Below are positions 28,150 through 40,891 of a stretch of 64,000 nt of DNA, piece by piece. How positions within the stretch are numbered: the first letter of the stretch is position 1; each line of letters begins with the position of its first letter. Both the position numbers and the translations under genes were made by a program. Under the pieces are notes generated by a model. It did not search any database, was not told where the DNA came from, and saw only the letters and a program-made list of their open reading frames with translations. Source of the DNA: Octopus vulgaris (lineage: Eukaryota); contig OX597822.1 in assembly GCA_951406725.2 (NCBI GenBank), forward strand, positions 7,688,001-7,752,000. Reading direction: 5' to 3'.

Positions 28150-28434
28150 TATTTATGTTGTTAGTTACTTTAGCAAAGTTAAAAACGTTTCTTAAACACA
28201 GAATTGAGATACGTGTAGTAAAAGTTCCCTTGCAATTATACGACCGGAAAAGCTTTTTCATATGGTTTGGCCAATAACAATTTGTGAGTTCTCCAATCAT
28301 TTTACATTCGTTATTCCAAATAAGACAAACATTTGGCTAGGGCTCATCGATTAATGGAACCAATGAAGATGTTAACATGTATTTTCAATCTGAAGAATGA
28401 GCCTTAACAACGTGAATGTATCCATATATACTTT

Positions 28435-28737
28435 CTCTCTCTTTTACTCTTTTACTTGTTTCAGTCACCTGACAGTGGCCATGCTGGAGCACCGCCTTTA
28501 GTGGAGCAAATCGACCCCAAGACTTATTCTTTGTAAGCCTAGCACTTATTCTATCGGTCTCTTTTGCCGAACTGTCAAGTTACGGGGGCATAAACACACC
28601 AGCATCGGTTGTCAAGCGATGTTGGGGGGACAAACACAGAGACACAAACACACACACACACACACATATATACATATATATATATATATATACGACGGGC
28701 TTCTTTCGGTTTCCGTCTAACAAACACACACACACAC

Positions 28738-28793
<56 letters not shown>

Positions 28794-28890
28794 TACGGGT
28801 TTCTTTCCGTTTCCGTCTAACAAATCCACTCACAAGGCTTTGGTCGGCCCGAGGTTATAGTAGAAGACACCTGCCCAAGGTACCACGTGG
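28435..28890 (-). mobile_element. SINE family A, 5'-truncated, with a small internal duplication
   Basis: Same tail; acgggcttctttcggtttccgtctaacaaa occurs twice. Confidence 0.85.
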
Positions 28891-29784
28891 TTCGTATATA
28901 CATATACAAATACTTCCATACATACATACAGACATGTATATATATATATAGAGATAATATATAAATATATATTATATATATTATGGTCATTAATTCCGTT
29001 CTTTTAGCGACGATTTTAATATTTTATTTGGTATCCATCTTCATTATCCTCTTCTCCACCACCTCTATCACTCTGTCATTTAAAAGTGATTCTTTATGCA
29101 AGGCTGACATTTCTTAAAGTATTCAACGATTTAATGTAAAACTGACAAAACCTGATTATAATTATTTTCAGAATTTACCTTTCTACAATTCGGAAACCAT
29201 ACATAATCATTGACACTAACGCAAAACATGCTTTTAAGAAAAAGAAACAAAAATATTATTCATGTTCATTTATTCCATTAAGTCAGATTTCTAAAAACGA
29301 TACTTTCCCATCACGTGTGAAAAATCTGTTTTCTAAATATTTATTACATTTTTCGGTGCCTTGGTGTATGTTAAATACAGAAAACTACCACGGCATCAAA
29401 AGTATAGAATGAAAATTGTACCTATTACACTAATGCAAATGCAGTTTCTCAAGTCATTAATAAATTTAAGGTTACTAGAATTTTAGACTTTATTAATATT
29501 AAAAGGAGAATAATTATTTCTATCTATATAAGGAGTTTAAATAACGTAACTGTATTTGGACATTTCATATAAGCCCTAAAATATTTATCACTTCCAAATT
29601 ACATATTAATATTCCGATTCAATAACGTTATTACTTTTTCGTGAATATCAGCTTCAAATGTATACTAAGAAACATACATTTGCAAATGAGTATATGTATA
29701 AATCTATACGTATCTATCTTCCATCAGTCTGTCTTTGTATCACACCTTGTCTGTATAAATATATTTATATTATATTATATTATA

Positions 29785-29839
<55 letters not shown>

Positions 29840-30039
29840 TGAAAGATTGTGAGAGAGATGAAGAATACTCATTTTTTTCATATCTGTGTGACATATCACA
29901 GGCTACTGTCTGGGATATATTTTTATATCATTTTTACTGTGTATTTGTAGAATAGATGGAGCACTACTTAACTTGATTTCGTTAAAAAATTGGAATAATT
30001 TAATCATAGTGACATGCAAATGATCACATGTTTCTTTAC

Positions 30040-30257
30040 ATACGTGGGGCTACTGAAAGATTCCTAGCTTTGGTAAAAGAAAATAGAGGATGATCCCATA
30101 ATTATTTATTTCAAATATCCACATCTCAAATACATACGCTTATTGAAGCGGGCTTTCGGGTTATCTAAGCCCTGTAAAAGAGCTCGGAAGATTGTGCCAC
30201 CAGTCAGATCTTTAACGATAGTTTTATAGTCAGGAAGATTTCGGCACCATTTCATAC
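30040..30257 (+). mobile_element. Mariner-type MITE
   Basis: tacgtggggctactgaaagattcct ... aggaagattttcggcaccatttcata imperfect TIRs; homologous to 50274-50492. Confidence 0.6.
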
Positions 30258-30831
30258 AGGGAATTGCAATGCAAATATATTTTATTAAAGGAAAGCGTGG
30301 TCATGTTTCTTCTGAAAGTTGAATTATCTCAGCTTTATTTCAGCTATATATACTTCTACATACCATCGATGCAGCCCATGCAGGTTTCAAGCAGCTGGAA
30401 TATATCTTGTATTTCACACACGAATTATTATTAACTGATATTGACTTTTCGATAGATATTAAAATATGAGTCTTCAGTTTAACGATGTCGTCTAGACATT
30501 ATCCACAGGCAAAAACATAAACATAGATACACACACAAACGCACAAAGATAAACCCGCAGGCACATACATATATCAGTTGTTTGTCTGTCTGTCTGTCTA
30601 TATTTCTCCCTCTGTCTCTCGATATATATATATACATAAACATATATATAAATATTATATATATATATATATATATATAAATATATATGCATGTATGTAT
30701 TTATATATACGTTTATATATATATATACATGTATATATAAATATATATATATATACATATATACATATATATGTATATATATATATATTTATATATTTAT
30801 ATATATATATATATATATATATAAATATATA

Positions 30832-30893
<62 letters not shown>

Positions 30894-31888
30894 CATACAT
30901 ACATACATACATACATACATACACATAATAATAATAATAAACATTGTGTACAGTACTCAGGTGCACCACAATATGTGTGTGTGTGTGTGTGTGTGCTTAT
31001 ACACATACGCAAAACTAAGTTTGATATTAGTGTGTAAGTAGAGACAGATAAATATACCGAAAATTTATGCCGCTCTAATCAGATCAGAGAGTTGCTCAGT
31101 GGATGTATTGTATACACACGCAAAGTAGTGTATGCTATCTTTTCGATTTCTCTCAGTATCTCTTTCTTTTCTCCACATACAGTTTAGTGGATAAATACAA
31201 AGCTCTGTTAGTATTCATCTTTCATCTAAAATAGTTGTAAATATAAGATTCTTGAATCTAATTACACACATTATGCCTTCATTTCTTTATCTGCATCTTT
31301 ATCTCCCAAACTCTCTCTACAAAAATGATTCTTATAACCGCCCCTCCCGTATAACACAGTTTTAATTTTAGATTTAATTTATTTGTCAACTAATGGTGCA
31401 TATAGTACGCTTGCTGTAGCGTTCTCCGATTCACTCTAACACTGTCATTTTGTTCTTGTAAATCTCTCCCCCCCCTCTCTCTCTCTCTCTCTCTTTCCCT
31501 CTTTAGTTTTCACTCTGTTTCCCTATCCCTTTCTTCTCACTCTCTCTCTCTATCTCTCTCTCTCTCTCTCTCTCTTACGCATGCATATATAAGATCTCCG
31601 TTTCGTCAGATTTCGCCGAGCCTTTTAAACAATACTAAAAGTATGGCCGGATATTTATGACGATGAAGATACGTGCACGATGATAACACATCCGGTAAAT
31701 GGAAATGAATTAAATAACAACGTAAGGGGTATTAGCCATCTAAATGTGGCTAGCCACTGGGGGGTGGGGTGTTACTGATGCTTTTAGCCCCAGGCGATCA
31801 ACGTCACCAGAAGGACTTTAGACACTATCTCAGTGCACTTGTGTTATTTGCAAAGGGAGGTCATCCTCTCTCGAAGACCCGAGTACTA

Positions 31889-31933
31889 CATACGGACTAT
31901 AGTTTCAAGGTAATTGCCTCTCGTCAACGCATG
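31889..31933 (-). ncRNA. Minimal type I hammerhead ribozyme (U3 variant), copy 1
   Basis: Minus strand catgcg TTGACGA gagg caatta cctt GAAA ctatag TC cgtatg: 6-bp stem I, 4-bp stem II, palindromic stem III, GUC site. Confidence 0.85.
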
Positions 31934-32244
31934 GTAAGCACCGGTCTTCGATGAAGGAGTCCCCTTGGAAATAATATATAACGTTTTTCACAGTAACCAC
32001 TGTCACTGATGTAGAAAAACTGTCTGAAAACAATAATAAATCTCTGAACGAGATATAAACAGTAACCGCTCGACAACGTAAGGGGTATTAGCCATCTGAA
32101 TGTGGCTATCCACTGGGAGGTGGGGTGTTACTGATGCTTTTAGCCCCAGGCGATCAACGTCAATAGAAGGACTTTAGACACTATCTCAGTGCACTTGTGT
32201 TATTTGCAAAGGGAGGTCATCCTCTCTCGAAGACCCGAGTACTA

Positions 32245-32289
32245 CATACGGACTATAGTTTCAAGGTAATTGCCTCTCGTCAACGCATG
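32245..32289 (-). ncRNA. Minimal type I hammerhead ribozyme, copy 2
   Basis: Identical to copy 1. Confidence 0.85.
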
Positions 32290-32599
32290 GTAAGCACCGG
32301 TCTTCGATGAAGGAGTCCCCTTGGAAATAATATATAACGTTTTTCACAGTAACCACTGTCACTGATGTAGAAAAACTGTCTGAAAACAATAATAAATCTC
32401 TGAACGAGATATAAACAGTAACCGCTCGACAACGTAAGGGGTATTAGCCATCTGAATGTGGCTATCCACTGGGGGGGGGGTGTTACTGATGCTTTTAGCC
32501 CCAGGCGATCAACGTCAACAGAAGGACTTTAGACACTATCTCAGTGCACTTGTGTTATTTGCAAAGGGAGGTCATCCTCTCTCGAAGACCCGAGTACTA

Positions 32600-32644
32600 C
32601 ATACGGACTATAGTTTCAAGGTAATTGCCTCTCGTCAACGCATG
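32600..32644 (-). ncRNA. Minimal type I hammerhead ribozyme, copy 3
   Basis: Identical to copy 1. Confidence 0.85.
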
Positions 32645-33173
32645 GTAAGCACCGGTCTTCGATGAAGGAGTCCCCTTGGAAATAATATATAACGTTTTTC
32701 ACAGTAACCACTGTCACTGATGTAGAAAAACTGTCTGAAAACAATAATAAATCTCTGAACGAGATATAAACAGTAACCGCTCGACAACGTAAGGGGTATT
32801 AGCCATCTGAATGTGGCTATCCACTGGGGGGGGGGGTTACTGATGCTTTTAGCCCCAGGCGATCAACGTCACCAGAAGGACTTTAGATACTATCTCAGTG
32901 CCCTTGTGTTATTTGCAAAGGGATGTCATCCTCCATCGAAGACCCGAGTACTACATATGCAGGTCACGTCTTCAAAAACGTTACACATGCCTTTTCAATT
33001 TTTCAATATTCTACCGTTTATAACCTTCGTAAAGTTGTGTAAGCTGACTATAGACCAATACGTTTACAAACACTTGTCCTTACACACACAAACACACACA
33101 CAGAAACATAGACAAACACACATATATACATAAGGACAAAAACTTGTAAAAGTATTGGTATATATATATACTT

Positions 33174-33560
33174 ACGATGTCTGATCAATAAGTATACGGA
33201 CTGTTGCCATAGTAACGACTCTAAAGTACGCAGAGTGAAGTCGCTTGACAAAGACTGACATTGAACTCTGCTGTGCAGTTTTAAATTCCTAGCTCACTTC
33301 CGCTGATTACAGCAGTACTTGGAAGGAATATGTGTAGCGTGTGATCGTCGCATTGACCAAGACAGAGAAAGTTGTCATGGCAAAACCTGCTCAGAGGGCT
33401 ATATAACGTCTCAGAAAGCGTATGCAAAGGTGTGTATGGGCTGCACACAAGTCTACGAATGGTTCTGATGTCTCCAAGCCGAACGATGAAATGTTGATAA
33501 TGACGAACGTACTGGGAGACCTGCAACCAGCAGAACTGAGAAAAACTTTGCAGATATTTC
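33174..33560 (+). mobile_element. Truncated mariner copy, same family as 4043-4908
   Basis: tacgatgtctgatcaataagtatacggactgttgccatagtaacg TIR followed by a colinear HTH remnant. Confidence 0.8.
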
Positions 33561-33816
33561 ATTGAGCCCGAAAGAATGACGGGCAAAATCAACCGCGGTC
33601 GAATTCGGTGTCAGAATGTAAACACGGGTCGAAATACCGCCAAGCATTTTGTATGACAATCAGTTGTTATCCATGATATTTCAACAGCCAGTCTAAGATA
33701 AGCGTAGGACAAAAATGGAATATAACGGGATACGCAGAAACAATTCGTGGAAAGGCTGTTGGGCGCCTAAATTTTTAAGTTCCACTTGTAAAAAAGGTAT
33801 TGAATAAAAAATATTT

Positions 33817-33875
<59 letters not shown>

Positions 33876-33939
33876 TATATATATATATGTATGTATATTT
33901 ATGTTAGAAGTACTGGGGGTGATGTACAGATTTAATACA

Positions 33940-34096
33940 TATGAAAGAAAAAATGGTGTTTTCAGAATACTGGATGGTTGTAAAAATATATATTTATTTA
34001 CATATCACATATAATTTCTTCATATAATATGTCATATGTAAATAAGTATATATTTTTACAACCATCCATTATTCTGATTACCTTTTTTCTTTCATT
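33940..34096. repeat. Imperfect palindrome, ~70-bp arms
   Basis: atgaaagaaaaaatgg...tcagaatactggatggttgtaaaaatatata versus tatatatttttacaaccatccattattctga...ccttttttctttcat. Confidence 0.8.
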
Positions 34097-34559
34097 TATT
34101 TTGATATTTTTCCATTCAGGTTATTCAATGCATTACATGCATGCTTTACTTCTGGTCATTTTATCCTTGTTGAGCGTATACTAAAACGAGAAAAATAGTT
34201 AAAAACAAGGAACAGAAATGTGTAATATGCAACTAGCAATTATTGGGTTTATCTCGATTACGGTAGTTTATTTATAGGTCCTATTGAATTTCAGTTGCCA
34301 ATTAGCCACTACTATATTTTGCATATTCAACAAGTAAATACCAAACAATTGTGTGTTTTTTTCATTTTCATAAATGCCAAACCTGTATATATCATTATAA
34401 TTCGCAATATAAAACTTCTAAACTGCAATCATATATACATATACACACATATATATACACACACACACATACGCATGCGTATATATATATATATATATAT
34501 TCATATGTATACATACGTATATACATATATGCATACCTATATATAAATTTTTAAAATTA

Positions 34560-36500
34560 TTACATAAATTCTATATATCTAATGAAGTTATTAAGTTGTA
34601 TAATTACTCCCTATTAAGTTTTAAACGATTTGGTAATTTTGACATTTATTTCTACGAGACTTCTACTCCATCTAATCCTTTTCGATATTATAAATAATAC
34701 CTTTAATGAGCCTAAATTATTATACCCCATATAACCATACTTTACTCTTAATATAAAATATAAAATTTCCATATAAATAAATAATTCTATTTCATCTTTT
34801 AAAATTATATTTTGGTTACCTCCCTTCCATTCTATTGTAAGGATTTTGGTGTGGAGGCGCAATGGCCCAGTGATTAGGGCAGCGGACTCGCGGTCATAGG
34901 ATCGCGGTTTCGATTCCCAGACCGGGCGTTGTGAGTGTTTATTGAGCGAAAACACCTAAAAGCTGGTGGTGACCCCTGCTGTACTCTTTCACCACAACTT
35001 TCTCTCAATCTTACTTCCTGTTTCTGTTGTACCTGTATTTCAAAGGGCCGGCCTTGTCACTCTCTGTGTCACGCTGAATATCCCCGAGAACTACGGTAAG
35101 AGTGCACGTGTCTGTGGAGTGCTCAGCCACTTACACGTTAATTTCACGAGCAGGCTGTTCCGTTGATTCGGATCAACCGGAACCCTCGTCGTCGTAACCG
35201 ACGGAGTGCTTCCAAGGATTTTGTTATGTGAGTCAATTAATGCCTTATTTACTGGGAATCTCTTCTAAACAGGATTTCAGAATCCCCTTAATTAATATCT
35301 AAAACCTGATAAAAATAGATAACAATATCTAGGTTACTTGGTTTCTATTTCTCTAAAACAACTCTACCCTAATAACCTTTGTATGTATTAAAGAACTTTA
35401 TAAAAATAAGTTATAAATAAATAAGTAAATAACATTTTATACGTACCAATAAATAATTATAAATTATAATATAAGGAATAATAATAGCATTTTCTTACAT
35501 CTATAATAATTCAATAATTTTATAAAATTTTTGTTAATAATATAATTTTTGTCCACGAATTTGATCATCTCTTTACCCGGTATCAAACACTAGTCATTTA
35601 TAGATATTCTCATGATAAGCAAATATAAATGTTAGTCTAAAACTTATAGAATTATAATTAATTTCTTCTAGCAACTAACCTACCTATTAATATAAATAAC
35701 CTAGGTATATCTTATAATAAGTTTTTAGAACACTAATCTCTTCAACCCCTTGTCTATAACATTCTACAGGGATTTATATTTATTTATCATTATATTCATT
35801 TACATTTCTTTTAATTTTAAACCAAATTTCTTAATTATTTACTCACTATATAATTTTATTTATAATATATTCCTATAAATGTCATACCCAACCTATATAA
35901 AACTGTTTGGCATATTTCACTATTTATTCTATAATACAAGAAATATGCTCTAAAATTATTACCATGTATAAAATATGATTTTGATTTTTCCAGTTTCAGC
36001 TAATGAGATGTGGCCATGCTGGGGCACCGCCATTATATATAAATTTTAAACATATTCCTTTAATTTAACTTATTAATATAAAAAGTGCTATTCAATAATT
36101 AACTACAAATATATGTTAAATTAATATAGAAATATATAAATATGGAATTATTTCTATATTCCCCATCCCTCTATTGTGTAAAATACTGAAAATATTCTGA
36201 AGTATTGTTCTTTTTTTGTGTGTGAAACAAGTTCTCTAAACTGTACCTACGTATATCAAAATATCACTGGGTTTATAGTTAAGTATTACTCAAATAGTTA
36301 AGTTTTACTCTCCCTACCCAATCAGCTTTAGTCTGCAAATTTGGCTGAAATATATTCTTACTGAACCAAAATGGTTTTACTTCAAAGAAATCTTAATTTA
36401 TGACTCTGCCAGTTAAACTGTCTTTTATACCCTATCTATAAAATATAGATTCTAGTTTCTATTAGACTTGATAAACTAGTCTATAAATTAAAACTAAACC
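34560..36500 (+). mobile_element. Possible highly decayed L1/Tx1 ORF2 3' region, interrupted by a SINE
   Basis: Extremely AT-rich, non-microsatellite tract with faint coding-like pieces (IIFWLPPFHSIVRILLCE across the SINE site; IPNLYKTVWHI...LLP); weak. Confidence 0.25.
34849..35213 (+). mobile_element. Young tRNA-derived SINE with 10-bp target-site duplication
   Basis: ggcgcaatggcccagtgattagggcagcggactcgcggtcataggatcgcggtttcgattccc head; aaggattttg at 34839-34848 and 35214-35223. Confidence 0.92.
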
Positions 36501-36798
36501 ACCATCATTAGTAAATATGAATAAAAAAGATAAAATCAATGATGAACAGTGTCTTCTTGTGACAAATATCAGTTACAACTATGCTATGACGTTGTTGATG
36601 AAACATGTTCTTTGTCCGTCTACTTGTCCTCTGTGATTTTGGATAGTAGGAAAACTATACAAGTGAATCCTTCGAATTTAACTGAAAGATTGCTCTACAT
36701 TTTAAAATCGATGTAATATTAGTATTGTTCAATTAAATGGAGTTGCATGAAATGATCGTACTGCATTACCGCCGGATATGCTTGTTGCTTATTTTGAT

Positions 36799-36861
<63 letters not shown>

Positions 36862-36864
<3 letters not shown>

Positions 36865-37015
36865 CACAGGAGTGGATGTGTTGTAAGTAGCTAGCTTACC
36901 AACCACATGGCTCTGGGTTCAGTCCCACTGCGTGGCACCCTGTCTTTAACTATAATCAGAGGCGACCAAAGCGTTGTGAGTGGATTTGTTTGACAGAAAC
37001 TGAAAGAAGCCCATC

Positions 37016-37061
<46 letters not shown>

Positions 37062-37138
37062 GTAATAAAGAGAGGCAAGCAACAGGTTACTTAGCCACAT
37101 ACCGAAAAATCAGAAATAGCAGTCAAAGACTGTTTATT

Positions 37139-37189
<51 letters not shown>

Positions 37190-37525
37190 CTTTTTTTAAA
37201 AAGTTCCTACAGATAATGGTTATATTTACATACTGAAATCTACCCTAAAATAATTGTTGGTTTCTTAAAATTAATAATTGTTTGTCCTTATATTATATAT
37301 ATGTATATATAAATGTGTGTGTGTTTGTGTGTCGGTGTTTGTCACACTACCATCACTTGACAACCGATGTTGGTGTGCTTACGTCTCCGTAACTTAGTGG
37401 TTCTACCAAGGAGATCGATGGAATAAGTATTAGGCTTACAAAGAATAAGTCGTGGCGTCGGTTTGTTCGACTAAAGATGTTGCTCCAGCATGGCCGCAAT
37501 CAAATGATTAAAAGAACTAAAATAA
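36862..37525 (+). mobile_element. SINE family A, split by extra sequence within its internal (TA)n
   Basis: Head 36862-37018, tail about 37320-37525. Confidence 0.8.
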
Positions 37526-37551
37526 TACGCACACACAGACACACAGACACA

Positions 37552-37602
<51 letters not shown>

Positions 37603-37830
37603 CAGTGAATAAACTGTCATGTAAACCACGCAAAAATAAAAGCATTGACATCTCATTTGAACAGATACGATTACCAAAATATTATAAAAATATTTTGAAA
37701 TACTAAACAGTACATTAATTCAATTAAATCGCCATTGGCTCCAAACACTGCCTCCAGACTACTTCGGAATCTGCTGTAAACTTTCTGGATGGTCTCCTTG
37801 CTTATGTTGGTGAATGCTGCCAGAACGGAG
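37603..37830 (-). mobile_element. Tc1/mariner transposase C-terminal remnant
   Basis: AAFTNISKETIQKVYSRFRSSLEAVFGANGDLIE. Confidence 0.7.
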
Positions 37831-38085
37831 AAAAATGTAAGACAATATTCTCCTCTTCTAAAAAAAAATATAATAATCCGATTCATATAAATGAACAACA
37901 AAACGTTCTGTTTTTATTATTGTGATTTTGATTTTTTCATGAGGAGTTCCAAAACGAAGGAAAGCGCTATAAACGATTATCCAAAATTCTGACTGCCTCC
38001 TTTTTTCTGAATATGCATTATCTGTACACCACTTGAAACACTGTATAATAAAAACGCACTCACTCACAAACATACACACACATAC

Positions 38086-38310
<225 letters not shown>

Positions 38311-38703
38311 CATTTCCTTTCTATATTTCTCAAACCATCACTCTACTGGAAAAGAAAAAAATATCATTAACAGTGAGATTCAATTACATGTATTTGATTG
38401 AACGGGTAATCGCCCGACCTGATGTAGGACATTTATCACAGGAAACGTTTTTATTGAGTAGGCCTGTTGAACGGAACGTTCTTTCATTAGACTTCGATGT
38501 TATTGCATAAAAATATTCTTGTGCACTTACCCAGACACTCGAAGGTGTATTCATTCCACATTGTGATTTATTATAGTTGTTTTGATACGAAACAGATGTA
38601 TGCCATCTGATTATTTGCTAGAAAAACGAAAAACAAAACCAGAAGACGTATTACGGATATTAATAATTTTTGCTATATATCATCTATACATCCAGATGAA
38701 ATA

Positions 38704-38869
38704 TGCGCAAGAGTGGCTGTCTGGTAAGTAGGTTGCTTACCAACCACATGGTTCCGGGTTCATTACCACTGCGTGGAACCTTGGGCAAGTGTCTTCTATT
38801 ATACCCTCGGGCCGACTAAATCATTGTGAGTGGATTTGGTAGGCGGAAATTGAAAGAAGATGTCGTATA

Positions 38870-38937
<68 letters not shown>

Positions 38938-39162
38938 ACCGTGTGTGTATATGTTCGTGTGTCTGTGTTTGTCCTCCCCAACATCGCTTGACAACATATA
39001 GCGGTGTTTGTACGTCCCCGTAACTTAGCTGTTCGGCAATAGGGACCGATAGAATAAGTACTAGGCTTCCAAAGAATAAGTCCTGGGGTCAATTCGCTCG
39101 ACTAAATGCGATGCTCCAGCATGGCTGAATTGAAGTGACTGAAACAAGTAAAAGAGTAAAAG
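38704..39162 (+). mobile_element. SINE family A, full length
   Basis: Colinear with 14921-15370. Confidence 0.9.
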
Positions 39163-40426
39163 GGTATCCAACATATGAATAAAATAATATTCAACAATAA
39201 ACAAATATGCATACACCCTCATACTTGCTAATATTGAAATCTATCAATAATTCCATAAGTAACGTAGATCACACATAATCCGTTCAAGAGAGGTTTGATT
39301 CCTAAGTAATATTATGGTTTTACATATTTAATATGGAGTAATACATGTCATTGTGTGATATCGTAAACTACGATCAACTCATTATTAGTCAGATTTCAGC
39401 CAAATATTCAATTAAATATTTCATTGATATTTCAATTATTTACCAAGTAAAATCCAAGCAAATAACTAGAGGAAAATTTAGAATCTATAAGTAGAGGAAA
39501 GGACGAAATGCGTTTTAGCGTACCAGTATGTATATAGGTATATAGAGGGGCTCGTACTATGTTTCAGGAATTTATGTCTTCTGTTTTCTGGAACAGCATC
39601 ATGTATTGGGGAACAGTAAACGGCGTCCCAAAGAAAAAAGTTAGCTGACATGGAAGAGAAAAAGCCATCTGAATAGTGAAACAAAGGTTACCTGTAACAT
39701 GATGTTCCGCGCCTGGTATCAATATGACAGCCTCATGACGTCTCATCAATAGTCTATTAATATTCTGAAGGCCTTAATCCATGATGTACAAAACTGCAAG
39801 ATGAGACAACGGAAACATGACCAGCGTGAAGAACCTGACCATGCGTTTTGTCTGCGTCCATTCTCCCATATCTTTGAAGAGAGCTTTAGGCTCAACTCAG
39901 AGGGGTATATAAAGCTTATGAAATTACTGAATTTAACTGAGTGATATGGTAAATCTTGCAGATCTTTTATCGCACTAACATCTAATGCTGCTTTCGTTGA
40001 GCAACGGGTCAATTCTCACGAAGAAAACCTATTCTAAAAATGCTTCATCACATTATTTTAGGATTAGAGTTTCCGAAGTATAAGTATTCTCTTCTTTTTT
40101 TCTTCAGTGGTTGTCCGTTGTTTGAAGAGTTTACTTGTGTGTAATCACAGATTGTCTCTGTATTGAGTCATTAAAATATTGTGGTAAAACAATGTGAAAT
40201 ATTATTTGGTGTGTGAATTAAGATCATTTATCCAAAGCTCTTAGTGATTTGGATAGACATCGCCTTGAAGGATTTTACTTCCCCCTATTTTTTTTTAATG
40301 ATTCCGAATATATAAAATGTTACCTTCACCAAGATTTGAACTCAGAAAGTTGCTTATCCCTTTCATATCCTTTCGTTCTTTCTTTCTCTCTCTCCCTCTC
40401 TCTCCCCTCTCTCTATCTATCTATAT

Positions 40427-40475
<49 letters not shown>

Positions 40476-40488
40476 CATACACACACAC

Positions 40489-40549
<61 letters not shown>

Positions 40550-40829
40550 CACACACATATATATATATATATATATTAATCAATATAAGGGTAGCAAAAA
40601 ATTCAATAGAAATTATTTTCGCCACCAGCGGTCTAGTGAGAAAGAAAAAAATAGTCAAAAGACTATATAATATACATTCAAGAATAGTATTAAGGAATGG
40701 CCTTAATAGGCCATTCAACTCACTAAAACGAGCAGCTAAACTCAAACCGCTAAATAGTAGTAATTCAGAAATCAAAGGAAAATTAAAAACATTTACCCTA
40801 TATATATATTGTTGAATATATATATATAT

Positions 40830-40891
<62 letters not shown>

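Larger units (their letters stand above)
31717..32959 (-). mobile_element. Non-LTR retrozyme-like tandem array (3.5 x ~356 bp)
   Basis: Unit starts at 31717, 32073, 32429 and 32784 with near-identical sequence; one hammerhead per full unit; no credible ORF. Confidence 0.85.

Noticed and set aside
31717-32959. CRISPR array or tandem TRIM/LTR interpretation
   Set aside because: There are no unique spacers, and no TG...CA LTR ends, PBS or PPT were seen; whole units repeat
31769-33133. Repeated short ORFs MLLAPGDQR...
   Set aside because: They are by-products of the tandem repeat; upstream G-run length varies and there is no domain signal. The functional signal is RNA structure on the opposite strand
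34849-34925. Functional tRNA gene (also 56512-56585)
   Set aside because: It is the tRNA-like head of a SINE, with body, tail and TSD
34560-36500. Mitochondrial insertion (NUMT)
   Set aside because: AT-rich, but no mitochondrial gene or tRNA was recognisable
39480-40030. Complex non-repetitive tract with short ORFs
   Set aside because: Stops in all frames and no recognisable motif; cannot be supported without RNA-seq
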